Virus record (IMG/VR): IMGVR_UViG_3300017917_001123
Coordinates: 124,001 to 188,000 of that record
Length of the DNA: 64,000 nt
Direction: 5' to 3' (one strand)
Position numbers and translations under genes: made by a program. The notes beneath the pieces are model-generated. The model searched no databases, had not been told where the DNA came from, and saw only the letters and a list, made by a program, of their open reading frames with translations. Shown here piece by piece: positions 48,118 to 57,593 of the stretch (positions are counted from its first letter, which is position 1; each line of letters begins with the position of its first letter).

Positions 48118-48765
48118 ATGATTGTTAACGGACCATATGTACCACTTACTGGATTAGTTTTAATGGCTGATCCTAGAAATAGTAAATGCTATTCTGGAGC
48201 AGGTACTGCTGCCTTTAATCAAGTTGATAACGGATCACTAACTTTATCGTCTATTGGTTATAACAGCGGATATTGGACAAACGCGGCCGCAGGAGCAGTA
48301 GTATCGGGCACATATAACTTATCGTTAAGTTCGGGGTACACAGTTATTCAGTGGTTAAATTTAACCACAACCAGCGGAGGATTCTTTAGTTATACTTCGG
48401 GGTCCAACGCAATTAACTTATATGCTGGCGGCTCTACCCAAATGCGCTGGGAATCTTATCTAACAGGCGGTGACCTAAACAGTAACACTTTAATTCCTAC
48501 AGGAACCTGGGCAATGTGGGCAGGAAGTTTTAGCGGAACAGGATCTGCGGGTGGCTCAGGAACAAGTAAGATATACTACAACGGAAACGTGGATGCTACT
48601 GGAACCTTAGCTGGAACAGCATCAAATTCCGCTACATTCCAAATTGGAGTTCATAGCGGTCCGATGAACGGTAGTATTGGGCCTACGTTATTTTATAACA
48701 GAGCACTTTCTGATACAGAAGTTAGAAACGTATTCCAGGCTTACCGCAGAAGTTTTGGATTATAA
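48118..48765 (+). CDS. LamG/concanavalin A-like lectin domain protein, 215 aa
   Basis: GLVLMADPRNSKCYSG N-terminus; YTVIQW, KIYYNG, LFYNRALSDTEV..VF C-terminal LamG signature. Confidence 0.8.
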   Translation: MIVNGPYVPLTGLVLMADPRNSKCYSGAGTAAFNQVDNGSLTLSSIGYNSGYWTNAAAGAVVSGTYNLSLSSGYTVIQWLNLTTTSGGFFSYTSGSNAINLYAGGSTQMRWESYLTGGDLNSNTLIPTGTWAMWAGSFSGTGSAGGSGTSKIYYNGNVDATGTLAGTASNSATFQIGVHSGPMNGSIGPTLFYNRALSDTEVRNVFQAYRRSFGL

Positions 48766-48772
48766 TACTCAA

Positions 48773-48778
48773 TAAATA
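48773..48778 (+). promoter_or_regulatory. Late promoter TAAATA
   Basis: ATAAATA in the short gap upstream of the 818-aa fibre gene. Confidence 0.6.
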
Positions 48779-48799
48779 TAGAGACAATGGACTAACGAG

Positions 48800-51256
48800 A
48801 TGGCATTAACAGATCGCAACATATTAATTTCCCCAAGCAGAGGTGCTAGTAACGAACCTTTAATTTCGTTCACAGGCGGCACGGCATTAACATCTGCTAC
48901 AAATTATCTAAGAGTTTTAGACGACGGTACTATTTCGTTTGAGGGCTCCGCAGGTCAGCTGTGGAGTGTACAGAATACACTATCTGGTACAATTTACTCA
49001 ATTAACGACCGAAGCGGAATTCCAAGTTTAACAGTTGACGCAGACGGCGCGGTAAGAATAGCAAAATACCAAGGCATTGTTTACATCGGAAACAACACTC
49101 CATCAACAAATACGCAAACTGGCGCCCTACAAGTGTTGGGTGGTATTGGTGTATCAGGTAATTTAAACATCGGCGGCTCTTTTGCCATGAACGCTAACTT
49201 AGGTGTCGGCGGCGCTGGATCTACTTACGGTATTACTGTTTCTACAACAACTAATGTAGCTGGCTATTTTTATAATTCAGGCGATTCCGAAGGCATAGCG
49301 ATCCAAGTTGGAGCATCGGCTAATCCTTTAGGAATTGGGTTTAATAGTTATAATAACGTAGGAACAACCTACGTAATGGGAACAGGGCATCATGCTCAAG
49401 CTCAACTATCGGCAGGTTCTTTAAACTTCTTAATTTCTAGTGCTAGCCAATCGGCTGGTTCTATTGCTACACAAATACAAGGCCTTGGAATCTCCGCATC
49501 TGGTATCACAGTTCCGGTTTCTACTGCGGCGCCTACTAACGGTACAACCGGTACTGGTGCTATAATTACATATGGTGGTATTTCAGCAGGAGGAAATATT
49601 GCAGCAGGCGGTGATTTATGGGCCGCAGGTGTTAGAGTAGGTCGAGGTTCTGCCGCAATCGCAACAAATACAGTTATTGGTAATGCGGCAGGTGCTGGAT
49701 TATTAACAGGTGGTGGTAACTTATTAATTGGTTATCAAGCTGGTACTGCTCTAACAAGTGCGGCAAACAATACTGCTATTGGTTATCAAGCACTATTAGC
49801 ACAAACAGCAACAGGCGGAAACAACGTTGCTATTGGTTACCAAGCATTATATACCGCAAACAATGCTTCGATGACTAATAACACCGCAATTGGATACCGT
49901 GCTCTAGGATTAGGTAACGGCGCATTCTACGGTAATACCGCAGTCGGCTATCAAGGTCTAGCAAACGTAAGTTCAGGTTATTATAATACAGCAATTGGTT
50001 ATAACGCAGGTAACCAACTATCTACTGGTGCTCAGAACGTAACTATTGGTTATAACTCAGGAAACGCTCTTGGCGGACAAAACAACGTTGTTATTATCGG
50101 CGGAGCATCTGGATCGACTGTTGAGAACGGTCGTATTATCCTGTCAGACGGAGCAGGTAACATACGTATCGATTTTAACGGTACTTCAGGTGATGCTAGA
50201 ATTTATTCTACAACAGCGGCAAGTACAACAGCAGGCACAGGTGCTTTACGTGTCGACGGCGGCCTAAGTGTTGCTTCTGGAATGAACTTAGCAGGCGCAT
50301 TATATGCGGCTAACTCTGCTGGTACTAGCGGACAGTTCTTAAAATCAACAGGTACTGGCATTGCTTGGGACAACGCGGCTCAAACAGTTGTTGATGATAC
50401 AACAACTAACGCAACACGTTATATTCAGTTTACAAATTCTGTAAGCGGCACAATTACAACAACGTATGTAAGTTCTTCTAAGTTAACATATAATCCAAGT
50501 ACAGGTATTATTACAGGAGCATTTAGTGGACCACATAACGGTACTGTTGGTGCTACAACAGCGGCTTCTGGTAATTTTACAACATTAGCCTGTACGCAAT
50601 TTACAGCTACAAACGGTGGAACCACACACGCAATTACTGGTCCTGCCTCTAACGCATTAACAGTAAGTAACGGTGTTGGTAACGGATCAGGTGTTTGCTT
50701 AAACGTAGCAGGTTCGGGCGATATTCAAGTAACAGGTGGTGGTTCTCTAATGTTTGGAAACTACAACTACGCTGGATCTACGTACATCCGAGGTTACACT
50801 AACGGCGAGATGTACATCTACAGAGCAGGTGCTAACTTGTTCCAAACAGTCGCTGGAGGAATGCAGGTAAACGGGACGCTCTATGTAACAGGCGACGTTT
50901 ACACTAACTATTCAGATATCCGCTTAAAAGATGTTAAGGGTCCTATAACAAACGCTTTAGATAAAGTTATGCAGTTAGAAGGATTCTATTACACAGCTAA
51001 CGAAATTGCCCAAGGTTATGGATTTACAACAGAAACTAAAGTTGGTTTAAGTGCTCAAGCTGTATTAAAAGTTCAGCCAGAAGCAGTTACACCTGCGGCT
51101 TTTGACGTAACTGAAGACCGTAAAGGATCAAAATCGGGAGAAAACTACCTAGGTGTTGACTACGAACGCCTAGTTCCGTTGCTTGTTGAAGCAATTAAAG
51201 AGCAACAAGCGCAAATTGAAGGTTTAAAAGCCGAGCTAAAGGCTTTAAAACAATAA
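48800..51256 (+). CDS. Tail fibre protein with YadA-like head repeats and C-terminal intramolecular chaperone (Peptidase_S74-like), 818 aa
   Basis: Tandem N(T/V)AIGY(Q/N)A(L/G) repeats; YSDIRLK...NALDKVMQLEG...VDYERLVPLLVEAIKEQ. Confidence 0.88.
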   Translation: MALTDRNILISPSRGASNEPLISFTGGTALTSATNYLRVLDDGTISFEGSAGQLWSVQNTLSGTIYSINDRSGIPSLTVDADGAVRIAKYQGIVYIGNNTPSTNTQTGALQVLGGIGVSGNLNIGGSFAMNANLGVGGAGSTYGITVSTTTNVAGYFYNSGDSEGIAIQVGASANPLGIGFNSYNNVGTTYVMGTGHHAQAQLSAGSLNFLISSASQSAGSIATQIQGLGISASGITVPVSTAAPTNGTTGTGAIITYGGISAGGNIAAGGDLWAAGVRVGRGSAAIATNTVIGNAAGAGLLTGGGNLLIGYQAGTALTSAANNTAIGYQALLAQTATGGNNVAIGYQALYTANNASMTNNTAIGYRALGLGNGAFYGNTAVGYQGLANVSSGYYNTAIGYNAGNQLSTGAQNVTIGYNSGNALGGQNNVVIIGGASGSTVENGRIILSDGAGNIRIDFNGTSGDARIYSTTAASTTAGTGALRVDGGLSVASGMNLAGALYAANSAGTSGQFLKSTGTGIAWDNAAQTVVDDTTTNATRYIQFTNSVSGTITTTYVSSSKLTYNPSTGIITGAFSGPHNGTVGATTAASGNFTTLACTQFTATNGGTTHAITGPASNALTVSNGVGNGSGVCLNVAGSGDIQVTGGGSLMFGNYNYAGSTYIRGYTNGEMYIYRAGANLFQTVAGGMQVNGTLYVTGDVYTNYSDIRLKDVKGPITNALDKVMQLEGFYYTANEIAQGYGFTTETKVGLSAQAVLKVQPEAVTPAAFDVTEDRKGSKSGENYLGVDYERLVPLLVEAIKEQQAQIEGLKAELKALKQ

Positions 51257-51259
51257 ATA
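51254..51259 (+). promoter_or_regulatory. Late promoter TAAATA
   Basis: Overlaps the stop codon of the fibre gene; SD AGGA before the ATG at 51283. Confidence 0.55.
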
Positions 51260-51282
51260 TATGAAATTAATAGGATACTAAC

Positions 51283-52404
51283 ATGCCTTTATATATTGGT
51301 AATACAAACATTATTCCGGGGATTTATCCTCTACCTAGCGCAGACGTTTATAGTCGCGGTGCTACTCTTGTAACTGACGGAACTATTGCGTTCTGGACTT
51401 ATCCAGGTAGCCCATCAGGAAACCCACAAGCAGGTTATAGATACCGTAGTATTCTTACTCACGGTTTTAGCTGTGCTGGATATAAAGGTTCAAATGCTTG
51501 GCGTGCTCTAAACAAGACTTGGCATACTACAGACATTACATATTACTGCGGTGAACAGGTTGACCGTTCAGGTGACTACATGGACGGATTCTATTCAGAC
51601 TACAACGGATATGCGTTAGGAATGAACAACAGCTTTGGCGGTTCTAACAATCACACATCAAGCTTCAACTTATATACAGGTATTAGCCGTACTTGGGGCG
51701 GTGGCACATTCAGTCCATATTCATTCGGTTACACCGGCGATAATCCAAGAGACGTTATGGGCTACGGTACAGTAGGTGGTTGGGACATGTCAGTTGCTCG
51801 TCGTGTGTTTGGCGCAACAACTGCGGCAACATATCAATACGGTTACGCAACAGGTGGTGGATCTCAAGGCACTGAAAAGATGCACATGCCTACAGAAATT
51901 ATGTACACAACAAACGGTAACAACCGCGGCGGATCAAACGCTTGCGGCGGCGGTGGAGAAAACATTAGCTGGTGGTCAATTAACGGCGGTAACAGTGGTA
52001 TGTATCACTCAAACGACAGCTGGTTTGCTGGCCCAATTGGCGTTACACCGGACGGATTTATGAAGCACTTGACTTCTAAATACGGCTGGCACTACGTTGG
52101 TACAGGCAATAACGTACAACAAGGTCGTGTACAATTTAATGAAACAAGCGGTGCGGCAATTGCTTACTTCTCACAGTTATCAGCTTACGGTGAAGACGTT
52201 ATGATGGCAGGCCAAGACTGGGGTTACATGACTGGTCAATATGATGGTCAGCAAAACAACATGTGTGACAAGACAACTTATAATAACAACGCACAATCAC
52301 GTATGGGTCCAGCAACACGTAACAAAGGACACTACGGCGCAAGCTCGGGCTTTGCGGCAAGTGCGGCGGCAACAGTAGCGGCATCAGGACGTCCAGGAGT
52401 ATAA
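51283..52404 (+). CDS. Gly/Tyr/Trp/Asn-rich putative fibre tip or beta-propeller-like receptor-binding protein, 373 aa
   Basis: Short fibre-type N-terminus, then ~45-aa units with GY/YG..GG...W patterns; follows the tail fibre gene. Confidence 0.6.
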   Translation: MPLYIGNTNIIPGIYPLPSADVYSRGATLVTDGTIAFWTYPGSPSGNPQAGYRYRSILTHGFSCAGYKGSNAWRALNKTWHTTDITYYCGEQVDRSGDYMDGFYSDYNGYALGMNNSFGGSNNHTSSFNLYTGISRTWGGGTFSPYSFGYTGDNPRDVMGYGTVGGWDMSVARRVFGATTAATYQYGYATGGGSQGTEKMHMPTEIMYTTNGNNRGGSNACGGGGENISWWSINGGNSGMYHSNDSWFAGPIGVTPDGFMKHLTSKYGWHYVGTGNNVQQGRVQFNETSGAAIAYFSQLSAYGEDVMMAGQDWGYMTGQYDGQQNNMCDKTTYNNNAQSRMGPATRNKGHYGASSGFAASAAATVAASGRPGV

Positions 52405-52405
52405 T

Positions 52406-53341
52406 ATGGCAGAAGAACTACAATCACAGAGCGGTAACTTTTCAGTTGACTACTGGGACGTAACAGTCGTTCAAAACGTCGAGGCATTACCCCCAGCACT
52501 TTACCAAGGCCCGGTAGTTGGTGAAAATCCATTCATTAAGGCTGGCAAGGTCTATATGATTGTTGGTTGTAACACAATCGATCCTAAGTATTTTGATACA
52601 AGCACAGGAGATCCTGCTCTTTGGTGTCAAGAACTTTATCAGTTAATGGGCGTTACTTGCGTCTGTATGAGCGAACATCTTTACAATACGTTAAGCCCAT
52701 ATTGGCAACACGAAAAAGTTACATTAATTACAGAAGAAGTTGCGTTAAATGGTCGTCAATTTTTTGCTGACTTCCGTGCGGCAGCTAAAATTTGGGTTCC
52801 AAACACTCAAGCTACAGTAGACCCAAATGCTCCTAACTATGTTAAACGTGAAGTGGCATTAACAGACGATGTCATTTCTCAAGTTGTAGAGTTTATGTTT
52901 ATTTTTGCTCGTGAAATTATCAACGACGAATTTGAACGCCGTTTCTTACGTATGCGTCCAGGCGGTTATGTTGAACAAGTTTCTTGGGAAACACAAAAAC
53001 ACGAAGCACGTGAGTGGTTAGCAAATCTAGGACAAAACGGTAGTCGTACACCATTCTTAGATTACCTAGCCGCAGAACACGGAAAAGATAAAACCGAACT
53101 AGCAAATAAAATTTTAGAAAAAGCAGAAATTTACCAAGATGCCTTATCTGATCTTTTAGTACAAGAACAGAAAGTTATTAAGGAATTCAAGAACTGTGCC
53201 ACTGTGTGGGATATGAACGTTAAATACGAGCAGTATTTAGGCATGCCGATCCCTATCAAGCAAGCTCAAGCAATGGGATTAACTGAGGGACCGGAGTCTA
53301 ACATTAGAACAACCGAGGTACCTCATGGATTCCAATTCTAA
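52406..53341 (+). CDS. Putative tail fibre assembly chaperone, 311 aa
   Basis: SWETQKHEAREW...TPFLDYLAAEHGKDKTELANKILEKAE resembles tail fibre assembly proteins. Confidence 0.55.
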   Translation: MAEELQSQSGNFSVDYWDVTVVQNVEALPPALYQGPVVGENPFIKAGKVYMIVGCNTIDPKYFDTSTGDPALWCQELYQLMGVTCVCMSEHLYNTLSPYWQHEKVTLITEEVALNGRQFFADFRAAAKIWVPNTQATVDPNAPNYVKREVALTDDVISQVVEFMFIFAREIINDEFERRFLRMRPGGYVEQVSWETQKHEAREWLANLGQNGSRTPFLDYLAAEHGKDKTELANKILEKAEIYQDALSDLLVQEQKVIKEFKNCATVWDMNVKYEQYLGMPIPIKQAQAMGLTEGPESNIRTTEVPHGFQF

Positions 53342-54134
53342 AGAAAATTTAACAGTTTCAACACCAAAAGCAGATAGCGTAGACGCAGAATTCTTAAATC
53401 GATACGGTTTAGATAGTTTCGAAAAAGATATTATGTCCTACGCTATTCATAGCAATATGGGCATGACTGCCTATCAATGTGCTAACTTTGTAGCCCGCGG
53501 CCAACTAACACCGTGGAGACAAGTTCGTCAAGCATACATGGAACTTGAAGTACGTTACCATGCTTATCAAGAAATCAAAACAAGTCTACGCAAAGCAGAA
53601 CTAATTCGTAAGAAGTGGCTTCGCGATCAGGCCGAAGCAACAGATGAAATTGCTAAAGAAATGCTTCAAGTTGATATTGATAAAAACGATTACGATATTA
53701 CAATTTACAAACGTAAAATGCTTCAAGCAGAACGCGAAATTAATGCGTTCCTAGATGTTGTTAAGCATTTTGCTAAATCTGAAGAAGATCTTAAATTCTA
53801 CGCAGACGACAATCCAGAAGAAGAACGTAAGTATTGGATTGCTCGTATGGCAAAACAAGCGGCAATTGATGTAATTTCCTATGGCCGTGTAGGATCTGGT
53901 AATATGGACAGCATCGCAATGATGCCAGAAGAAGATCAAGTCGAAGCTCTAGCAATGGCCATGAAATATTCCGGTATGGTCCAAGCAGGCATACATAATA
54001 TATCACTGGGCGTACAAGGCCAGATTGACCAAATGTTAGAGAGCAAAGATGAAAAACTACCAGACATCTGCGAAGACGCAAAAAATATTCAGCTTACCGA
54101 TCAACCCAAAATTAACGGAACAACAATACTATAA
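53325..54134 (+). CDS. Coiled-coil hypothetical protein of the fibre-associated cassette, 269 aa
   Basis: QLTPWRQVRQAYMELE and YWIARMAKQAAIDVISYGRVGSGNMDSI blocks; helical composition. Confidence 0.75.
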   Translation: MDSNSKENLTVSTPKADSVDAEFLNRYGLDSFEKDIMSYAIHSNMGMTAYQCANFVARGQLTPWRQVRQAYMELEVRYHAYQEIKTSLRKAELIRKKWLRDQAEATDEIAKEMLQVDIDKNDYDITIYKRKMLQAEREINAFLDVVKHFAKSEEDLKFYADDNPEEERKYWIARMAKQAAIDVISYGRVGSGNMDSIAMMPEEDQVEALAMAMKYSGMVQAGIHNISLGVQGQIDQMLESKDEKLPDICEDAKNIQLTDQPKINGTTIL

Positions 54135-55746
54135 CTTTTTAGATTTTTGTAAAAAGTATAAGGAGTATATCTTTGATGTGTATTTTACATCAAGGATTGC
54201 TCCTTTTAATCAGGATGCAATGGGCGATGTTTTCTTAATGGAAACAGACTACATTTCAGCAATTGAAGCCGCCCTAAATATCCAACACGAAACAGGCATT
54301 ACTGTTTGTGCTACATTTAACAACATTCAAATTCCGCCAACACAGCAAAATTTAGATATTTGGCTAGATGCTTTCCAGCCACTGTACGATGCCGGTGTTC
54401 GTTCTGTTATTCTTCCTCACATCCATTGGATGGCAACTGGTCAAGTTAAGAAACGTTATCCTGATCTTTATGTTAAAAATACTATTCTTAGAAATGTAAC
54501 AACGCCGTCAGAACTAGTAGCTCATGCTAAAGCTGGTTTTGACTACATTTGTATTGATCGTGATTTAATGAGAGATCAAGAAGCTCTTCTAAGACTCAAA
54601 ACGGCCAAAGAGTGGGTTAAAGAAAACTTAGGTAAGGATATTGCTATTAGCCTATTAGCAAATGAAGGGTGTCTTGGTGCGTGTCCAATGATGGACGAAC
54701 ACTACGAGTTTAACAATACTCGAGATTTTAATCGTCCACAGTATTTTAACGATGCTATTAGTCGTGTAAGTTGTCCTAAGTGGGACCACGAAGATCCGTC
54801 AGTTCCATTAAAAACTGCTAACCTTCCTCCTTGGAGAGAAGATTGGTTAGAATTTTTAGACCTAGGTATTGATGTTTTTAAGATGCACGGCCGTGAAAGC
54901 ATTAATCGATTCCACGAAACTCTCGACATTGTTAGTAAGTATGTCGATGGCAAAGAAATCTTATTTGACGGATTTGAAGAGTTCATTGAAGATACAAACT
55001 TAGTAGAAAAGCCAATTAACGTCTGGCGTCAAAAAATTAAGACTTGTAAGTTTGATTGCTGGGAATGCCAATACTGCGATAAAATTGTAAGCAAGAAACA
55101 GCAACAAAAGATGAGCGAAAAAGTTCAGCAGGCTGTAACATCTGTGATTGAAAGCGCATACACAAACATTGGCGTTGATGTTCCTGGTTTAACTTCTGCT
55201 AAGATGGAAAGTTTAATCAACAAGATTGCTAGTCATTCAACCAAATACTTAGAAATTGGAAGCGCATTAGGAGCAACAGCGAGCGCGGCTCTAACAGGTA
55301 ATAATATTGAAGCAATCTGTATTGATACATGGCAAGACACATATCAGCCTGCTAACGGTATTTTTGAAATGCCGCCTAATAACAAAGAAGATTTTATTAA
55401 GAACGTTAAACGATTTAAGGGCGATAACAAGGTCGTTGTCTACGAGTGCGATATGTTTGATGTAAACCGTGATGAAATTCGTGATGTTGACTTTTTCTTC
55501 TACGACGGTCCGCATGATATTGGAAGCACAATTAAAGCAATCAAATACTTTACTCCGTGCCTGGCAGATGAAGCATTTATTCTTGTAGATGATGCTAACT
55601 GGGAAGGTGTTGTTGCTGGAACGGACGAAGCAATTAGAGCCGCAGGTTTAGATGTTCTATATTCTAAGGTTGTGCTAAATGCTCAGGAAGATTTAAAGGC
55701 GTGGTGGAACGGTTTCTACTTGCTAGTAGTTAAAAAATCACGCTAA
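54049..55746 (+). CDS. Peptidase U32-like (Fe-S hydroxylase family) domain fused to a class I SAM methyltransferase, 565 aa
   Basis: GFDYICIDRDL, LLANEGCLGACPMMDEH, VSCP, KMHGRE, CKFDCWECQYC; C-terminal KYLEIGSALG, FFFYDGPHD, ILVDD (Methyltransf_24-like). Confidence 0.75.
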   Translation: MKNYQTSAKTQKIFSLPINPKLTEQQYYNFLDFCKKYKEYIFDVYFTSRIAPFNQDAMGDVFLMETDYISAIEAALNIQHETGITVCATFNNIQIPPTQQNLDIWLDAFQPLYDAGVRSVILPHIHWMATGQVKKRYPDLYVKNTILRNVTTPSELVAHAKAGFDYICIDRDLMRDQEALLRLKTAKEWVKENLGKDIAISLLANEGCLGACPMMDEHYEFNNTRDFNRPQYFNDAISRVSCPKWDHEDPSVPLKTANLPPWREDWLEFLDLGIDVFKMHGRESINRFHETLDIVSKYVDGKEILFDGFEEFIEDTNLVEKPINVWRQKIKTCKFDCWECQYCDKIVSKKQQQKMSEKVQQAVTSVIESAYTNIGVDVPGLTSAKMESLINKIASHSTKYLEIGSALGATASAALTGNNIEAICIDTWQDTYQPANGIFEMPPNNKEDFIKNVKRFKGDNKVVVYECDMFDVNRDEIRDVDFFFYDGPHDIGSTIKAIKYFTPCLADEAFILVDDANWEGVVAGTDEAIRAAGLDVLYSKVVLNAQEDLKAWWNGFYLLVVKKSR

Positions 55747-56166
55747 GATATCAAGAACGGTATCGATCTTTGCTTTAATAATCTTGTTACTCAAAGTCAC
55801 TCTAACACCGTTATGTAGTGGCTTTGGCCAACGATCTAAGTCACACCAACAATAGCCGCTATGTTCTTCGTTGAGTTTAGGAATAAACTCTTCTTTTACA
55901 ATTAGCAAGTATGTGTGATAAAAGAATTGGTCGTCCTTTGATGTGTACCATTCAAGTGGGATGAACTTTTCAATATCCGGTACAAAACCAATTTCTTCAG
56001 TTAGTTCTCGTCTAAGTGTGTCAATGGGGGCAGAATCACCCGGCTCATTTTTGCCACCAACAATGCCCCAAGTTCCTGCGGTCTTACCTTGTGTTCGTTG
56101 TAAGAATAAAAATCTTTTTGTATCTTTTGCTAGGAACAAACCACCACTACAAACTATATTACTCAT
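55738..56166 (-). CDS. NUDIX hydrolase, ~142 aa (start moved from 56181 to the ATGA overlap at 56166)
   Basis: WGIVGGKNEPGDSAPIDTLRRELTEEIG Nudix box; LNEEHSGYCW. Confidence 0.9.
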   Translation of the reverse strand: MSNIVCSGGLFLAKDTKRFLFLQRTQGKTAGTWGIVGGKNEPGDSAPIDTLRRELTEEIGFVPDIEKFIPLEWYTSKDDQFFYHTYLLIVKEEFIPKLNEEHSGYCWCDLDRWPKPLHNGVRVTLSNKIIKAKIDTVLDILA

Positions 56167-57593
56167 AGAATTAATCGCCAATCCTGTGGAAGATATTCGC
56201 CCTCAAAGCTCTTACTCCACATATCACCATCCCAAACGTATTGAATTCCGGTGCGTAAATTAGTTATATAAGTCAAATCTGTTACACTTGATGAATTGAA
56301 GATAACTTCCCAAGCAGTTCCGTTCCATGTTATTATATCGTTAGCACGGGCAACAAGATATGAGTTGTCTTGATTTTGCCATGCCTTTGCCGCAGTACCA
56401 TCTTGTAATGCTATACTCAAAGAAGGATCTGTGTTAATGTCTTCTAAAATTAAGTATCTAATTCCTGCGGCAGGATTAGATGGCGCAAAAGTTGTAGGAT
56501 CTACAATAGCATCAACATACGTTTTTCCACTTCCTGCCGGAACTTCTGTGTTAGCAGGAATTGTATCTGCGTCAATGTCTAAATGCATTACACTTTCGTC
56601 TGTTGGGTCTAAACTAATACGAGCTGAGATTTCTTGTCCCGATGGCTTTTTAATTTTTAGTTGACTTAGCCCGGCAACAAACTTTCCTGGGTATAAATCT
56701 AAAATTCTTAACCAGCTAATGTTAACACCAAACTTAACAGGGACATCTTCTGTTCCTAAGTGTTCTCCGATATCTACTAGTTTAGCAGTATTGTTGAGAA
56801 CAAGTAATCTATAGTTACCAATAGTTGTTCCCTTAACGCTGGCTGCTTCTCGTCCATCAAAATAGTCAACGCTGTCGGTGTGAGCATAGTCACCTGCTTC
56901 AATAGCACCGGGCGGCTCAACAAAGATACTTGTAATAATACTGGTAACAATTCCCATCTGTTTTACCTTAGCAGGAGTTGTTAACCAAATAGGTGTTGTA
57001 AACTGTAATGTTGCAATGTCTATGTCTTGTTCAACTCCTGCCGGAACTTGTCTCGAGGTCCAAGTTAAATCAGTTAGTTCAAGAGTGCTTAAACTTGTCC
57101 AGTCTAAGTAATTGTCTGTTGTTTGTAATTCTAAACTTGGTCTAAACAATACTAACAACTGTTCTAAAATTTGTAACTTTTGATCAGTGTTTGTTGACCA
57201 AACATCTGCTTGAAATGTTAGATTGTATGGAACAGGCATTAGGCGTTCAACTGTATAATTTTCGCCCATTGTATTAATGTATTCTTCTTGGCCTGTAGTA
57301 GGATTAATCCAAGTGTCGCGTTCTTTAATATGAACTTTGCTTACGTGAGTTGGCTCTTGTAATCTATCTCTAGCTATTTGAAGATTCTTAATATAGCAGG
57401 CAATCATAGGGGCACTAGCAACAGTATTCTCGCTGTTCTTGCGCTGAATCTGTGCTACTTGTCGATTCATATCGCCATAGCGAACAGGAATCTGTACAAG
57501 TTTGCCTTTAGAATCTTTGTAGCAGAAGCTACTCATTAATCTCATAAACTGAGTTAAGTATCTTCTAATTTGAGCATCGTAAAAATGTTGCAT
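56163..57593 (-). CDS. gp15: Tail terminator / sheath stabiliser (gp15-like) with C-terminal extension, 476 aa
   Basis: FYDAQIRRYLTQF, IPVRYG, MPVPYNLTFQADVW...QILEQLLVLFRP pattern; next to the neck genes. Confidence 0.72.
   Translation of the reverse strand: MQHFYDAQIRRYLTQFMRLMSSFCYKDSKGKLVQIPVRYGDMNRQVAQIQRKNSENTVASAPMIACYIKNLQIARDRLQEPTHVSKVHIKERDTWINPTTGQEEYINTMGENYTVERLMPVPYNLTFQADVWSTNTDQKLQILEQLLVLFRPSLELQTTDNYLDWTSLSTLELTDLTWTSRQVPAGVEQDIDIATLQFTTPIWLTTPAKVKQMGIVTSIITSIFVEPPGAIEAGDYAHTDSVDYFDGREAASVKGTTIGNYRLLVLNNTAKLVDIGEHLGTEDVPVKFGVNISWLRILDLYPGKFVAGLSQLKIKKPSGQEISARISLDPTDESVMHLDIDADTIPANTEVPAGSGKTYVDAIVDPTTFAPSNPAAGIRYLILEDINTDPSLSIALQDGTAAKAWQNQDNSYLVARANDIITWNGTAWEVIFNSSSVTDLTYITNLRTGIQYVWDGDMWSKSFEGEYLPQDWRLIL

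Noticed and set aside
27900-50625. Numerous 60-130-aa minus-strand and alternative-frame ORFs inside the giant genes
   Set aside because: Shadow ORFs produced by the Thr/Gly/Val codon bias of the real genes; no SD, promoter or recognisable motifs.
51261-51281. Mini-ORF MKLIGY* upstream of the 373-aa gene
   Set aside because: Its ATG is only 1 nt after the TAAATA box, so it would lie upstream of the expected TSS; the downstream gene has its own SD.
48800-52404. Diversity-generating retroelement acting on fibre C-termini
   Set aside because: No reverse transcriptase and no template/variable repeat pair differing at adenines seen in this window; cannot be excluded elsewhere in the genome.
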